From: an uncultured Chromatiales bacterium
GTDB lineage: Bacteria; Pseudomonadota; Gammaproteobacteria; SZUA-140
DNA: 59,077 bases
Direction: 5' to 3'
Assembly (NCBI GenBank): GCA_964388175.1
Contig: CAYLYS010000002.1
Coordinates: 33,424 to 92,500, forward strand
Below, piece by piece: positions 20,443-29,538 of the stretch (position 1 is the first letter of the stretch; every line of letters starts with the position of its first letter). Both the position numbers and the translations under genes were made by a program. A model generated the notes under the pieces. The model had not been told where the DNA came from, made no database searches, and saw nothing but the letters and a program-made list of their open reading frames with translations.

Positions 20443-22533
20443 ATGAGTGAAGTGCGATCACTGATCGATCATGAGGAGCTGGAGCGCTTCGAAGAAAGCG
20501 TCCGCTCGTTCCTGTGCAATGAGCTCGACGCGGAACGCTTCCAGTCGATGCGGCTGCAGCAGGGCGTCTACGGTCAGCGCCAGGAAGGCGTCAACATGGT
20601 CCGCGTCAAGATTCCGGGCGGGCGCATGACACCGGCCCAGCTCGAGACCATGGCCGACGTGCTCGAAAGCTATTCCCTGCACGACGTCGCGCACATCACC
20701 ACGCGCCAGGACATCCAGATTCATCACGTGCCGCTGGAAAAGACCCCGCTGGCGCTGAAAGACCTCGGCCGCGGCGGCCTGACCACGCGCGAGGCCTGCA
20801 ACAACACCGTGCGCAACGTCAGTTGCTGCCCTCTCGCCGGCCTGTGCAGCAGCGAGCGCGTCGACATCCGCCAGTACCAGGATCATGCGATGCGTTATTT
20901 CCTGCGTCATCCGCTGACGCAGCATCTGCCGCGCAAATTCAAGATCAGTTTCTCGGGCTGCGAAGCCGACTGCGCCCAGGGCATGATCCACGATCTCGCC
21001 GTGGTCGCGGTGAAGAAGGACGGCCGTTTCGGCTTCAAACTGCTCGCCGGCGGCGGTCTCGGCCACAAGCCGCGCAAGGCGGTCACGGTGGAAGAGCTGA
21101 TCCCCGAGGAAGAGCTGATCCCGTGCATGGAAGCGGTGATCTCGCTGCACAACCGCTATTCCGATCGCAAGCGCCGCGCCAAGTCGCGCATCAAGTTCCT
21201 CGTCGACCGTTTCGGCGAGGAAGGCTTCATCGAAAAATACAAGGAAGAGCTGGCGCGCACCCGCACCGCGCTCGCCGGCCAGAACTACGTCAAGGGCGAA
21301 TGGACCGACGGTACGCCGTCGGAGCACTGCGGCAGCCCGGGCGCGCCGCGCAAGGTCGTGCCCCAGCGCCAGCCCGGCCTGCGCATCTTCCCCGTCAGCG
21401 TGCCGATCGGCGACATGACCGGCCCGCAGATGCGCGGTATCGCCACGCTGATGTACCGTGAAAAGCTCTCCGATCTGCGCGCCACCCAGGATCAGAACCT
21501 GATGCTGGCCGATGTGCCGGAGCATCGCGTCGCCGCCATCCGCGAAGCACTGGCGGAACTCGGCCTGGGCGAACCCAAGACCGGCGACGATGTCGTCGCC
21601 TGCCCCGGCACCTCCACCTGCCGTCTCGGCATCACCTCGTCGAAAACCATCGGCACCAAGATCGACGGCGGCATCCACGATCTGCGCGTGCGCGCCAGCG
21701 GCTGCCACAATGGCTGCGCGCAGCCGGAGACCGGGGACATCGGCATCTACGGCGAAGGCAAGCGCCTGCACGGCAAGCTGGTTCCGCACTATCAGATGTA
21801 CCTCGGCGGCGACGGCCGCAACGGCGGCGACATCGCGGTCAAGGGCCCTTCGGTTCCCGCCGCGCGCGTGCAGCAGGCGATCAAGCGCGTCCAGGACACT
21901 TATGACGGCGAGCGCGTCAACGGCGAGACCTTCTTCGCCTGGGCGCACCGCCAGGAACCGGCATACTTCAGCACTCTGCTCGCCGACATCATGGCCGTGA
22001 CGCCGGAAGAGGTACCTTCGGTGCTCAGCGACCACGGCGACGAACAGGCGTTCAAGGTGTTCCAGTTCGGCGGCGGCGAATGCGCCGGCGCCGCCCAGGA
22101 AACGGTAGCGGCGAATTTCGCCGAAGCCGCCAACGAGCGCAACTACCGCAACGGCTTCCTGATGCAGCGCAAGTACACCGAATCGATCGAATGCGCCCAG
22201 GCCATCGGCCGCCTCATCGGCCAGTCACTGCTGTTCCTCGCCGGCCAGCCGCCGGCGGACGATCTGCGCGACATCGGCCGTCAGCTGTCGACCGCCCTCG
22301 CAGCCAACCCGGCGCTCGGCGAGAGACTGGTGCATTTCGCCGGCCAGATGGAACAGCTGCGCGACGAGTTCGACGAACCGGCCTACCGCCAACTGAACGA
22401 AGCGCTGGATGCCTGGACGGTCACCGCCGCCGCACTGTGCCAGGATATCGATCGCCAGCTCGACCTCAGCGCTTCGCTGCAGAGCATCAAAGGCGCCGTG
22501 GCTGAAAAAAAAAGAGCGAATCTATCGATCTGA
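20443..22533 (+). CDS. Siroheme/[4Fe-4S] sulfite (or nitrite) reductase hemoprotein with a C-terminal extension of about 150 aa
   Basis: Track ORF 20380..22533, with start at ATG 20443 after GGGGGAG. It has two NIR_SIR repeats and cluster ligands in VACPGTSTCRLG and SGCHNGCAQP. It is divergent from cysB. Confidence 0.85.
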   Translation: MSEVRSLIDHEELERFEESVRSFLCNELDAERFQSMRLQQGVYGQRQEGVNMVRVKIPGGRMTPAQLETMADVLESYSLHDVAHITTRQDIQIHHVPLEKTPLALKDLGRGGLTTREACNNTVRNVSCCPLAGLCSSERVDIRQYQDHAMRYFLRHPLTQHLPRKFKISFSGCEADCAQGMIHDLAVVAVKKDGRFGFKLLAGGGLGHKPRKAVTVEELIPEEELIPCMEAVISLHNRYSDRKRRAKSRIKFLVDRFGEEGFIEKYKEELARTRTALAGQNYVKGEWTDGTPSEHCGSPGAPRKVVPQRQPGLRIFPVSVPIGDMTGPQMRGIATLMYREKLSDLRATQDQNLMLADVPEHRVAAIREALAELGLGEPKTGDDVVACPGTSTCRLGITSSKTIGTKIDGGIHDLRVRASGCHNGCAQPETGDIGIYGEGKRLHGKLVPHYQMYLGGDGRNGGDIAVKGPSVPAARVQQAIKRVQDTYDGERVNGETFFAWAHRQEPAYFSTLLADIMAVTPEEVPSVLSDHGDEQAFKVFQFGGGECAGAAQETVAANFAEAANERNYRNGFLMQRKYTESIECAQAIGRLIGQSLLFLAGQPPADDLRDIGRQLSTALAANPALGERLVHFAGQMEQLRDEFDEPAYRQLNEALDAWTVTAAALCQDIDRQLDLSASLQSIKGAVAEKKRANLSI

Positions 22534-22724
22534 GTAGCTTCGGCTGCCCGCTCCACTATATAAAGGCGCGTCACGAGCTGCGGGCACGGACGGCGGGAGA
22601 AATCGTCGAATTCGTGTTCAGCTCGGAAGACGCGGCGAAACAGGCGGCGGGCAGTCTGCGCGAAGACGGTCACGAGATCCTGTCGCTGCAGAACGAGCGC
22701 ACCCTGATCCGCAAACAGTCCTGA
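22506..22724 (+). CDS. TusA/SirA-like sulfur-carrier domain; open frame without ATG/GTG/TTG, in the -1 frame relative to the reductase
   Basis: My translation is KKKSESIDLSSFGCPLHYIKARHELRARTAGEIVEFVFSSEDAAKQAAGSLREDGHEILSLQNERTLIRKQS, with stop TGA at 22722-22724. It has the Cys-Pro active-site layout and the length of the TusA family. It is not in the ORF track. The frame opens inside the A9 run at 22505-22513. Confidence 0.55.
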   Translation, partial: KKKSESIDLSSFGCPLHYIKARHELRARTAGEIVEFVFSSEDAAKQAAGSLREDGHEILSLQNERTLIRKQS

Positions 22725-22753
22725 GCCAACGACCGAGTCGGTGACAAACGCCG

Positions 22754-23182
22754 ATGACAGACGGAAAAAGCGAGGGCACACTGAAGCAATACCCGAAGCC
22801 ATACCGGAACCGCCATCGCGACAGTGCGCCCTTCATCACCAAGGACGGATCGACGGTGCGCGAACTGATGCATCCGGACGTGCACGGCAACCATGCCCAA
22901 AGCCTTGCCGAAGCCGTCGTTCCCGCCGGTGGCCGCACGCTCCTGCATCGGCACCTGCGCAGCGAAGAGCTGTATCACTTCACCGCCGGCAGCGGACGAA
23001 TGACTCTGGGAGAAGACAGCTTCGAAGTCCAGGCGGGCGATACCGTCTATATCCCGCCCGGCACCGCCCATGCCCTGATCTGCGACGGCGCGGACGAGCT
23101 GCGACTGTTATGCTGTTCCTCTCCGCCCTATTCCGACGCCGACACCGAGCTGCTCGGACCGCCGGCGCGACGGGAAAGCTAG
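22754..23182 (+). CDS. Cupin-domain protein
   Basis: 142 aa. HRHLRSEELYHFTAGSG...GDTVYIPPGTAHAL matches the two cupin motifs (G/H-x-H...E and P-x-G-x-x-H). Confidence 0.7.
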   Translation: MTDGKSEGTLKQYPKPYRNRHRDSAPFITKDGSTVRELMHPDVHGNHAQSLAEAVVPAGGRTLLHRHLRSEELYHFTAGSGRMTLGEDSFEVQAGDTVYIPPGTAHALICDGADELRLLCCSSPPYSDADTELLGPPARRES

Positions 23183-23301
23183 CCGCCGGCCGGTTTTGAC
23201 CGGCACGGCTTTGCTTTTTCGCCAGAAAGGGCGATCATGCCATCTTTGCAGAACATCTATCTCCGGTACCGGAGCCGGTATCGGAAAAAATTGAGGAAGC
23301 A

Positions 23302-23712
23302 ATGGAAAATCAGCCGCCTATCATCGTTTCCAGCCTGGATCTGGAACGACTCGAGCACATCCTGGATTCAGGGCAGTACAAGCGCCTGCCGGGTGTCGAT
23401 ACGCTGCGCAAGGAGCTCGATCGGGCGACCATCGTCGAACCCACCGAAGTCCCGCTGGGCGTCGTCACCATGAACTCGACCGCCCGCTTCATCGACGATG
23501 CGACGCAGCAGGAATATGAACTGACCCTGGTCTATCCGGAATCCAGCGGCCCGGCCAACACCGTTTCCGTACTAGCGCCGGTCGGCAGTGCCCTGCTGGG
23601 TCTATCCATCGGCCAGTCGATTTCATGGCAGGTCCCCGGCGGCCGCCGGCTGCAACTGCGCATTCTGGACGTGACCTACCAGCCCGAAGCGGTGGGACTG
23701 TACCATCGCTGA
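23302..23712 (+). CDS. rnk: Nucleoside diphosphate kinase regulator (GreA/GreB C-terminal domain family)
   Basis: 136 aa. IIVSSLDLERLEHIL... and VTMNSTARFIDD...VSVLAPVGSALLGLSIGQSISW are typical of Rnk. Confidence 0.8.
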   Translation: MENQPPIIVSSLDLERLEHILDSGQYKRLPGVDTLRKELDRATIVEPTEVPLGVVTMNSTARFIDDATQQEYELTLVYPESSGPANTVSVLAPVGSALLGLSIGQSISWQVPGGRRLQLRILDVTYQPEAVGLYHR

Positions 23713-23779
23713 GCGCGCGTGCCCTGCATGCGGGGCACGCAGCCACCCGCAACAAACCGAATAAAGGCAAGGGAATTCG

Positions 23780-24400
23780 ATGATATCAGCCATGGAAGCT
23801 CTCGAACGCCTGCGCGCAGGCAACCGCCGCTTCGTCGACGGCGAGCAGGCCAGCGAAGACCCCGGCGGTCGCGCACGCCTGCGTGAACTGGCGGCGAAAC
23901 AGGCGCCCTTTGCCATCATTCTCGGCTGCTCGGATTCGCGGGTACCGGCCGAGATCGTCTTCGATCAGGGACTCGGCGACCTCTTCGTCATCCGCGTCGC
24001 CGGCAACATCGTCGCGCCCTCGCAGATCGGCAGCGTCGAATTCGCCGCCGAACGCTACGGCACCAGCCTCGTCGTCGTGGTCGGACATTCCGGTTGCGGC
24101 GCGGTACAGGCGACGCTGGAAGAACTCCAACGCCCCTCGGAAGACCAGTCGCGCAATCTGCGCTCCATCGTCGACCGCATCCGCCCCTCGGTGGAAAGCC
24201 TGCTGATGACCGATCTGGCAAATCGACCCGATGAGCTGATCCGCAAGGCCGTGCGCACCAACATCCGCATCTCGGCCAACCAACTGCGCCACGGTTCGGA
24301 ACTTCTGGAACAACTGATCCTGAAAAAAGGCCTGCTGGTGATCGGCGCGGAGTATTCGCTCGAAACCGGCGTGGTCGACTTCTTCGACGGCGTGCCCTGA
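23780..24400 (+). CDS. Beta-class carbonic anhydrase
   Basis: 206 aa with zinc-ligand motifs ILGCSDSRVPAE and VVVGHSGCGAV. Confidence 0.88.
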   Translation: MISAMEALERLRAGNRRFVDGEQASEDPGGRARLRELAAKQAPFAIILGCSDSRVPAEIVFDQGLGDLFVIRVAGNIVAPSQIGSVEFAAERYGTSLVVVVGHSGCGAVQATLEELQRPSEDQSRNLRSIVDRIRPSVESLLMTDLANRPDELIRKAVRTNIRISANQLRHGSELLEQLILKKGLLVIGAEYSLETGVVDFFDGVP

Positions 24401-24451
24401 GAATATTCAGCCGCCGGCGCAAACCGTTCAGTGAACGAGGGAGGCATGCCC

Positions 24452-24859
24452 ATGCGACCGGCTTTCAGTCCAGGACGGAACATCGCCATGAAGGTACCGG
24501 CGCACGAATACGAGCGCACGGTGGACTTCTATCGTAACGTGCTCGGCCTGCACCAGCTCGCCGACACCGCACCCGGCAGCGCCGAGACCACCGCCTTCGC
24601 ATTCGGCGACAAGGTGCTGTGGATCGATCGCGTACCCGGCATCAGCCAGGCGGAACTGTGGCTGGAAATCGCCACCGATGACCTCGACGCCGCGGCCGAG
24701 CATCTCCGCCGCAATGGCTGCGCCCGCCGCGACGAAATCGAACCGCTGCCCGAAGGATTCGGCGGCTTCTGGCTCGCCAGCCCCTGCAACGTCATCCACC
24801 TGGTCACCGCCGATGCGGCACAAGAAACCGCGACAGCGCACGAACAGCAGACACCGTGA
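24452..24859 (+). CDS. VOC (glyoxalase/bleomycin-resistance/dioxygenase) family protein
   Basis: Track ORF 24431..24859. I prefer ATG 24452, which lies 7 nt after GAGGGAGG. The N-terminal VDFYRNVLGL is a beta-alpha-beta VOC signature. The start is uncertain. Confidence 0.6.
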   Translation: MRPAFSPGRNIAMKVPAHEYERTVDFYRNVLGLHQLADTAPGSAETTAFAFGDKVLWIDRVPGISQAELWLEIATDDLDAAAEHLRRNGCARRDEIEPLPEGFGGFWLASPCNVIHLVTADAAQETATAHEQQTP

Positions 24860-24952
24860 CAGCGGTGCCGACATCGGCGCCGAACCGTCCGCTGCCGACG
24901 ACTTTCCCGCTCGCCCACGATCGTTGCTAGGCCTCGCCGGGAGGACTGACCG

Positions 24953-25405
24953 ATGAACCGCCCGCTCCACGAAACCATGCTCACCGTCGCCATCGCAGAA
25001 GCGAAGGCGGGTCTTGCCGAAGGCGGCATACCGATCGGCGCCGCCCTCTTCCATCGCGACGGCACCCTGCTCGGCCGCGGGCACAATCGCCGCGTACAGG
25101 AAAACGATCCGTCGATACACGGCGAAACGGACGCGTTCCGCAAGGCCGGGCGCCAGCGCGACTATCGCGACACCGTCATGGCGACCACGCTCGCGCCGTG
25201 CTGGTACTGCAGCGGGCTCATCCTGCAGTTCCGCATCGGCGCCGTCATCGTCGGCGAATCGCGCACCTTCCGCGGCGGTATCGATTGGCTGCGCGAGCGC
25301 GGCGTCGAGGTCATCGATCTGGAGTCGCGGGAATGCGAGCAACTCCTCGGCGCCTACATCTGCGCCCATCCCGACATCTGGAACGAAGACATAGGGGAAC
25401 CCTGA
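24953..25405 (+). CDS. CMP/dCMP-type zinc deaminase (small cytosine/nucleoside deaminase)
   Basis: 150 aa with HGETDA (H-x-E) and TLAPCWYCSG (PCxxC) zinc and catalytic motifs. Confidence 0.8.
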   Translation: MNRPLHETMLTVAIAEAKAGLAEGGIPIGAALFHRDGTLLGRGHNRRVQENDPSIHGETDAFRKAGRQRDYRDTVMATTLAPCWYCSGLILQFRIGAVIVGESRTFRGGIDWLRERGVEVIDLESRECEQLLGAYICAHPDIWNEDIGEP

Positions 25406-25476
25406 AACCGGCGGGCCGATCCCTCAACGCCACCCGCCCCTGCGAAAACGCCGCGACACTTCAAGGAGGAAGCGCC

Positions 25477-26421
25477 ATGACGATCCCAGCAGATCACGCA
25501 TCGCACGCGGCCTGGCCGTACCTGCCGCCGCTGCGCGAATGGGAAGACACCTGCACCACCGTCCACATGTGGACCCAGATCGTGGGCAAGATCCGCCTCG
25601 CGCTGGGACCGTGGTTCAATCATTCCTGGGGCGTGGCGCTGTATCCCACCGCGCGCGGCCTGACCACCTCGCCCATGCCGTACGGCACCCGCACCTTCAC
25701 CATCGATTTCGATTTCATCCGGCACGCGCTGCATATCGCAAGCGACGACGGTATCGGCCGCTCATTCGAACTGCAGCCGATGACGGTGGCCGAGTTCTAC
25801 CACCGTCTGATGACGACGCTGCGCGGCATCGGCATACGCGTTCCGATCCATGCCCGGCCGGTGGAAGTGGTGGAAGCCATCCCCTTTGCCGACGATGACC
25901 GGCACGCGGCCTACGACGCCGCGGCGATCGCACGCTACTGGCGCGCGCTGCTGCAGGTCGACCGCGTCTTCAATGAATTCCGTGCCCGCTTCATCGGCAA
26001 GGCGAGCCCGGTGCATTTCTTCTGGGGCGCATTCGATCTGGCGACGACGCGCTTCTCCGGCCGGCGCGCGCCGCGCCATCCCGGCGGCGCGCCCAACTGT
26101 GCGGACTGGGTGATGGTCGAAGCCTATTCGCACGAGGTGGCGAGCGCCGGCTTCTGGCCCGGCAGCGGCATCGGCGCGGCGGCTTTCTATGCCTACGCCT
26201 ATCCCGAACCCAGCGGATTCGACATCGCACCGGTCATACCCGCAGCCGCGCATTATCTGCGCAATCTCGGTGAGTTCATCCTGCCCTATGAAGCGGTGCG
26301 CACCGCGCCGGACCCGAACCAGGCGCTGCTCGCCTTCCTGCAGAGCAGCTACGAAGCGGCCGCGGACCTGGCGCGCTGGGACCGCGCCGCGCTCGAACGC
26401 GATGGCGCGGCGCTGGTGTGA
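25477..26421 (+). CDS. Conserved hypothetical protein (DUF5996-like)
   Basis: Track ORF 25198..26421. The real start is probably ATG 25477, after AAGGAGGA (MTIPADHASHAAWPYLPPLREWEDTCTTVHMWTQIVGKIRL). The upstream part overlaps the deaminase out of frame. The family name is from memory only. Confidence 0.6.
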   Translation: MTIPADHASHAAWPYLPPLREWEDTCTTVHMWTQIVGKIRLALGPWFNHSWGVALYPTARGLTTSPMPYGTRTFTIDFDFIRHALHIASDDGIGRSFELQPMTVAEFYHRLMTTLRGIGIRVPIHARPVEVVEAIPFADDDRHAAYDAAAIARYWRALLQVDRVFNEFRARFIGKASPVHFFWGAFDLATTRFSGRRAPRHPGGAPNCADWVMVEAYSHEVASAGFWPGSGIGAAAFYAYAYPEPSGFDIAPVIPAAAHYLRNLGEFILPYEAVRTAPDPNQALLAFLQSSYEAAADLARWDRAALERDGAALV

Positions 26422-26486
26422 GTGCTGGTACGGGATCTGGTGTGGGCTTCTGGTATGGGATCTGGCATGAGCCCCGCCGTGGCGCC

Positions 26487-26849
26487 TCAGCCGCACAACA
26501 CCACGATCCACACGACCGCCGTCAGCAGCAGCGTCACCATCACCGCAGCGGAACCGAGATCCTTGGCGCGCGCCGACAGCGCGTGATCATCGTCGCTGAC
26601 GCGATCGACCACCGCTTCGACGGCTGAATTGAGCAGTTCCACCGGCAGCACCAGCAGCAGACTGCCGATCAGCAGCGCGCGCTCCACCGCACCGTCGGCC
26701 AGCCACAGCGCGAGCGGCACACCGCACGCGACCAGGGCAAGCTCCTGACGGAATGCCGATTCGTATCGCCACGCCGCACGCAGACCGGCCAGCGAATACC
26801 GCGCCGCCAGCGCGATCCGTTTCAGGCCGCTATGGCCAGGCTTCCCCAT
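26487..26849 (-). CDS. dgkA: Diacylglycerol kinase (prokaryotic membrane type)
   Basis: Start at MGKPGHSGLKRI. AWRYESAFRQE, LVLPVELLNSAVEAVVDRVS and AKDLGSAAV are DgkA signatures. About 120 aa with three TM helices. Confidence 0.85.
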   Translation of the reverse strand: MGKPGHSGLKRIALAARYSLAGLRAAWRYESAFRQELALVACGVPLALWLADGAVERALLIGSLLLVLPVELLNSAVEAVVDRVSDDDHALSARAKDLGSAAVMVTLLLTAVVWIVVLCG

Positions 26850-27014
26850 ACCCACTTCCTCATCTGTCGACACAAGACCGTCATCTATCTCACGCCAATG
26901 TGAAGATCCGGTGACAGCGCAGCGGCAGCGCGGGCATCACCGCGCACGGCCGTCACACAAGCTTCACCATTCCGTCGCCGCAGCGTCATGCAGCGGGCAT
27001 ACCTTGCATTCTGC

Positions 27015-28271
27015 ATGCGCATACTGATGATGTCAGATGTCTACTTCCCGCGGGTCAACGGCGTATCCACGTCCATCGCAACCTATCGCGACTCGCTGCG
27101 CGAGCTCGGACACGAGGTCGCGCTGATCGCGCCGGAATACCCGTCTGCCAGACCCGGATCAGAATCCGAACCAGAACTGAGCTCCGGACACGACGAAGGC
27201 TGGATACACCGCATTCCCGCGCGCGGCGTCTGGCGCGATCCCGAGGATCGGATGATGCGCTGGCGCGTGATCATGACACAGACGTCGCGACTGCGCGCAG
27301 CGGCATTCGACATCGTTCACATCCAGACGCCCTTCGTCGCCCATTACGCCGGCGTCCGCCTCGCGCGCACGCTGAACATTCCGGTGATCGAGTCCTATCA
27401 CACCTATTTCGAGGAATACCTAGGCTGCTATCTGCCGCTGCCGCAGTCGCTGGCGCGCATGCTTGCCCGCCGCATCTCCCGCGCGCAGGGCAAGGCGGTC
27501 GATGCGCTGGTGACGCCATCACAGGCGATGCGGGACCGGCTGAGGAGCTACGGCGTCACCACACCCATCAGCGTCATCCCCACCGGTCTCGATCTGCGGC
27601 ATTTCAGCGGCGGCGACGGCGCGCGCTTCCGCGCCGCGCTTGAAATCGACAGGGGCATTGCCGTCGACCGTCCGCTGCTGCTCTACGTCGGCCGCGTCGC
27701 GCACGAGAAGAATATCGATTTCCTGCTCGAAACGATGCGTGACATCCGCCGCGCGCGGCCGGACGCCGTGCTGCTCGTCACCGGCGAAGGCCCGGCGGAA
27801 ACACATCTGCACCGTCTCGCCGACCGTCTCGGCATCGGCGACAGCGTGATCTTCACCGGCTATCTCGACCGCAAGACCACGCTGCTCGACTGCTACGCCG
27901 CCGCCGATGTCTTCGTGTTCGCCTCGCACACCGAAACCCAGGGCCTGGTACTGCTCGAAGCGATGGCGATGGGACTGCCGGTGGTCGCTCACTCGATCAT
28001 GGGCACGAGCGAAGTGCTGCGTGACGGCGAAGGCGCGCTCATCGCCCGCACCGGCGACCATGCCGATTTCGCCGCCAAGGTCCTGCGCATCCTCGACGAT
28101 GCCGCACTGCATCAACAGCTGCGGCAGCGAGGGCGCGCATACGCCGCGCAGTGGTCGAACGAATCCTGCACGCACAGCATGGTCGCGCTCTATCGGAGCC
28201 TGATCGCCCACAGCGGCTCGGCCGCGCCAGCCGACGGAACCGTCCGCCATGACGGCAGCGGCGCACACTGA
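27015..28271 (+). CDS. GT-B glycosyltransferase (family 4-like, diacylglycerol glycosyltransferase-like)
   Basis: Start at MRILMMSDVYFPRVNGVSTSI. The C-terminal portion has the EX7E-type motif THTETQGLVLLEAMAMGLPVVA. Confidence 0.8.
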   Translation: MRILMMSDVYFPRVNGVSTSIATYRDSLRELGHEVALIAPEYPSARPGSESEPELSSGHDEGWIHRIPARGVWRDPEDRMMRWRVIMTQTSRLRAAAFDIVHIQTPFVAHYAGVRLARTLNIPVIESYHTYFEEYLGCYLPLPQSLARMLARRISRAQGKAVDALVTPSQAMRDRLRSYGVTTPISVIPTGLDLRHFSGGDGARFRAALEIDRGIAVDRPLLLYVGRVAHEKNIDFLLETMRDIRRARPDAVLLVTGEGPAETHLHRLADRLGIGDSVIFTGYLDRKTTLLDCYAAADVFVFASHTETQGLVLLEAMAMGLPVVAHSIMGTSEVLRDGEGALIARTGDHADFAAKVLRILDDAALHQQLRQRGRAYAAQWSNESCTHSMVALYRSLIAHSGSAAPADGTVRHDGSGAH

Positions 28272-29463
28272 AGCGCGGGCGCCGGTCGAGCCGCCGCGGC
28301 GGCTGACCGTCTGCATCGTCAGCGAAACCTTTCCACCCGAGATCAACGGCGTCGCCATGTCGCTGTCGCGCTTCGCCGCCGGCTTGCGCATGCTCGGCCA
28401 CGAAGTGCAGTTGATCCTGCCTCACCGCAGCGACCGTCGCAAACACCATCTGTACGGCAGCGCCACGGTATTGCCCGTGCATGGACTGCCACTGCCGCGT
28501 TACCCCGAGCTACGCTTCGGCCTGCCGGCGGGACGCGCCATCCGCGCGCTGTGGCGCCAGCATCCACCCGACATCGTCTACGTCGCCACACAGGGACCGC
28601 TCGGCTGGTCCGCCGTGCGCGCGGCGCGGCAGGCCGCCATTCCCGTGCTGAGCGGATTCCATACCAACTTCCACGTCTATTGCCGCCACTACGGCATGAA
28701 AGCGCTGGAAACCCTGGCGATCGCCTGGCTGCGCCGCTTCCATCGCCGGACCGACTGCACGCTCGTCCCCACCAGCGATATGCAGAACATGCTGATGGCG
28801 ATGGGGCTGCCATCGGTGCGCGTCCTCGGTCGCGGCGTCGATAATGGCCTGTTCACGCCCCAGCGCCGCGATCCGGTGCTGCGTGCACATTGGGAGCTGG
28901 CGCCGGACGACCTTGCCGTCATCTACGTCGGCCGCCTGGCGGCGGAGAAAAACCTGCCGCTCGCCGTCAACGCATTCCGCGCGCTGCAGGAAGCATGCGG
29001 CAATGCGCGCTTCATCCTCGTCGGCGACGGCCCGCTCGCCGCCGAGCTGCGGCGCGACAATCCCGATTTCATTTTCTGCGGTATGCGGACCGGCGAGGAT
29101 CTCGCCCGCCACTATGCCAGCGGCGATCTGTTCCTGTTTCCCAGCGTGACGGAAACCTTCGGCAACGTGCTGCTCGAAGCGATGGCGAGCGGTCTGTCGG
29201 TGCTCGCCTACGACTGCGCCGCCGCCCGCGAGCACATCCGCAGCTACCGCAACGGCGTCACCGTCGAAACGGGATGCGAGCCCGCCTTCCTGCAAGCGGC
29301 GATCACGCTTGCCACCGACCCGGCGCTGCTGCGCACGACGCGCGAGAACGCCCGGCGGCACACACTCGCCCACGACTGGAGCGACGTCGCGCGCACCCTG
29401 GAACGACTGCTCATCGAGCATCTGCCACCGACGCCGCCCTGCGCCAGCGGCGGTAAAGAATGA
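28249..29463 (+). CDS. GT-B glycosyltransferase (family 4/1)
   Basis: 404 aa: CIVSETFPPEINGVAMSL..., PSVTETFGNVLLEAMASGLSVLA. It overlaps the preceding glycosyltransferase by 23 nt. Confidence 0.8.
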   Translation: MTAAAHTEARAPVEPPRRLTVCIVSETFPPEINGVAMSLSRFAAGLRMLGHEVQLILPHRSDRRKHHLYGSATVLPVHGLPLPRYPELRFGLPAGRAIRALWRQHPPDIVYVATQGPLGWSAVRAARQAAIPVLSGFHTNFHVYCRHYGMKALETLAIAWLRRFHRRTDCTLVPTSDMQNMLMAMGLPSVRVLGRGVDNGLFTPQRRDPVLRAHWELAPDDLAVIYVGRLAAEKNLPLAVNAFRALQEACGNARFILVGDGPLAAELRRDNPDFIFCGMRTGEDLARHYASGDLFLFPSVTETFGNVLLEAMASGLSVLAYDCAAAREHIRSYRNGVTVETGCEPAFLQAAITLATDPALLRTTRENARRHTLAHDWSDVARTLERLLIEHLPPTPPCASGGKE

Positions 29464-29538
29464 TTCACGCAAACGTAGCCCTGCTGTCACTTGCCGGACC
29501 GACACTATCCATGTACTGGCACAGCGAGACCCGACGCC

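Noticed and set aside
23261-23274. Perfect 14-bp palindrome CTCCGGTACCGGAG upstream of rnk
   Set aside because: As a hairpin it has a 5-bp stem with a 4-nt loop and no U-tract. No known operator consensus matches it, so I cannot assign a function from sequence alone.
25198-25476. Upstream extension of the DUF5996-like ORF (the 407-aa version)
   Set aside because: The extension overlaps the deaminase gene in another frame and is Arg/His-rich. An ATG with AAGGAGGA at 25477 gives a sensible N-terminus.
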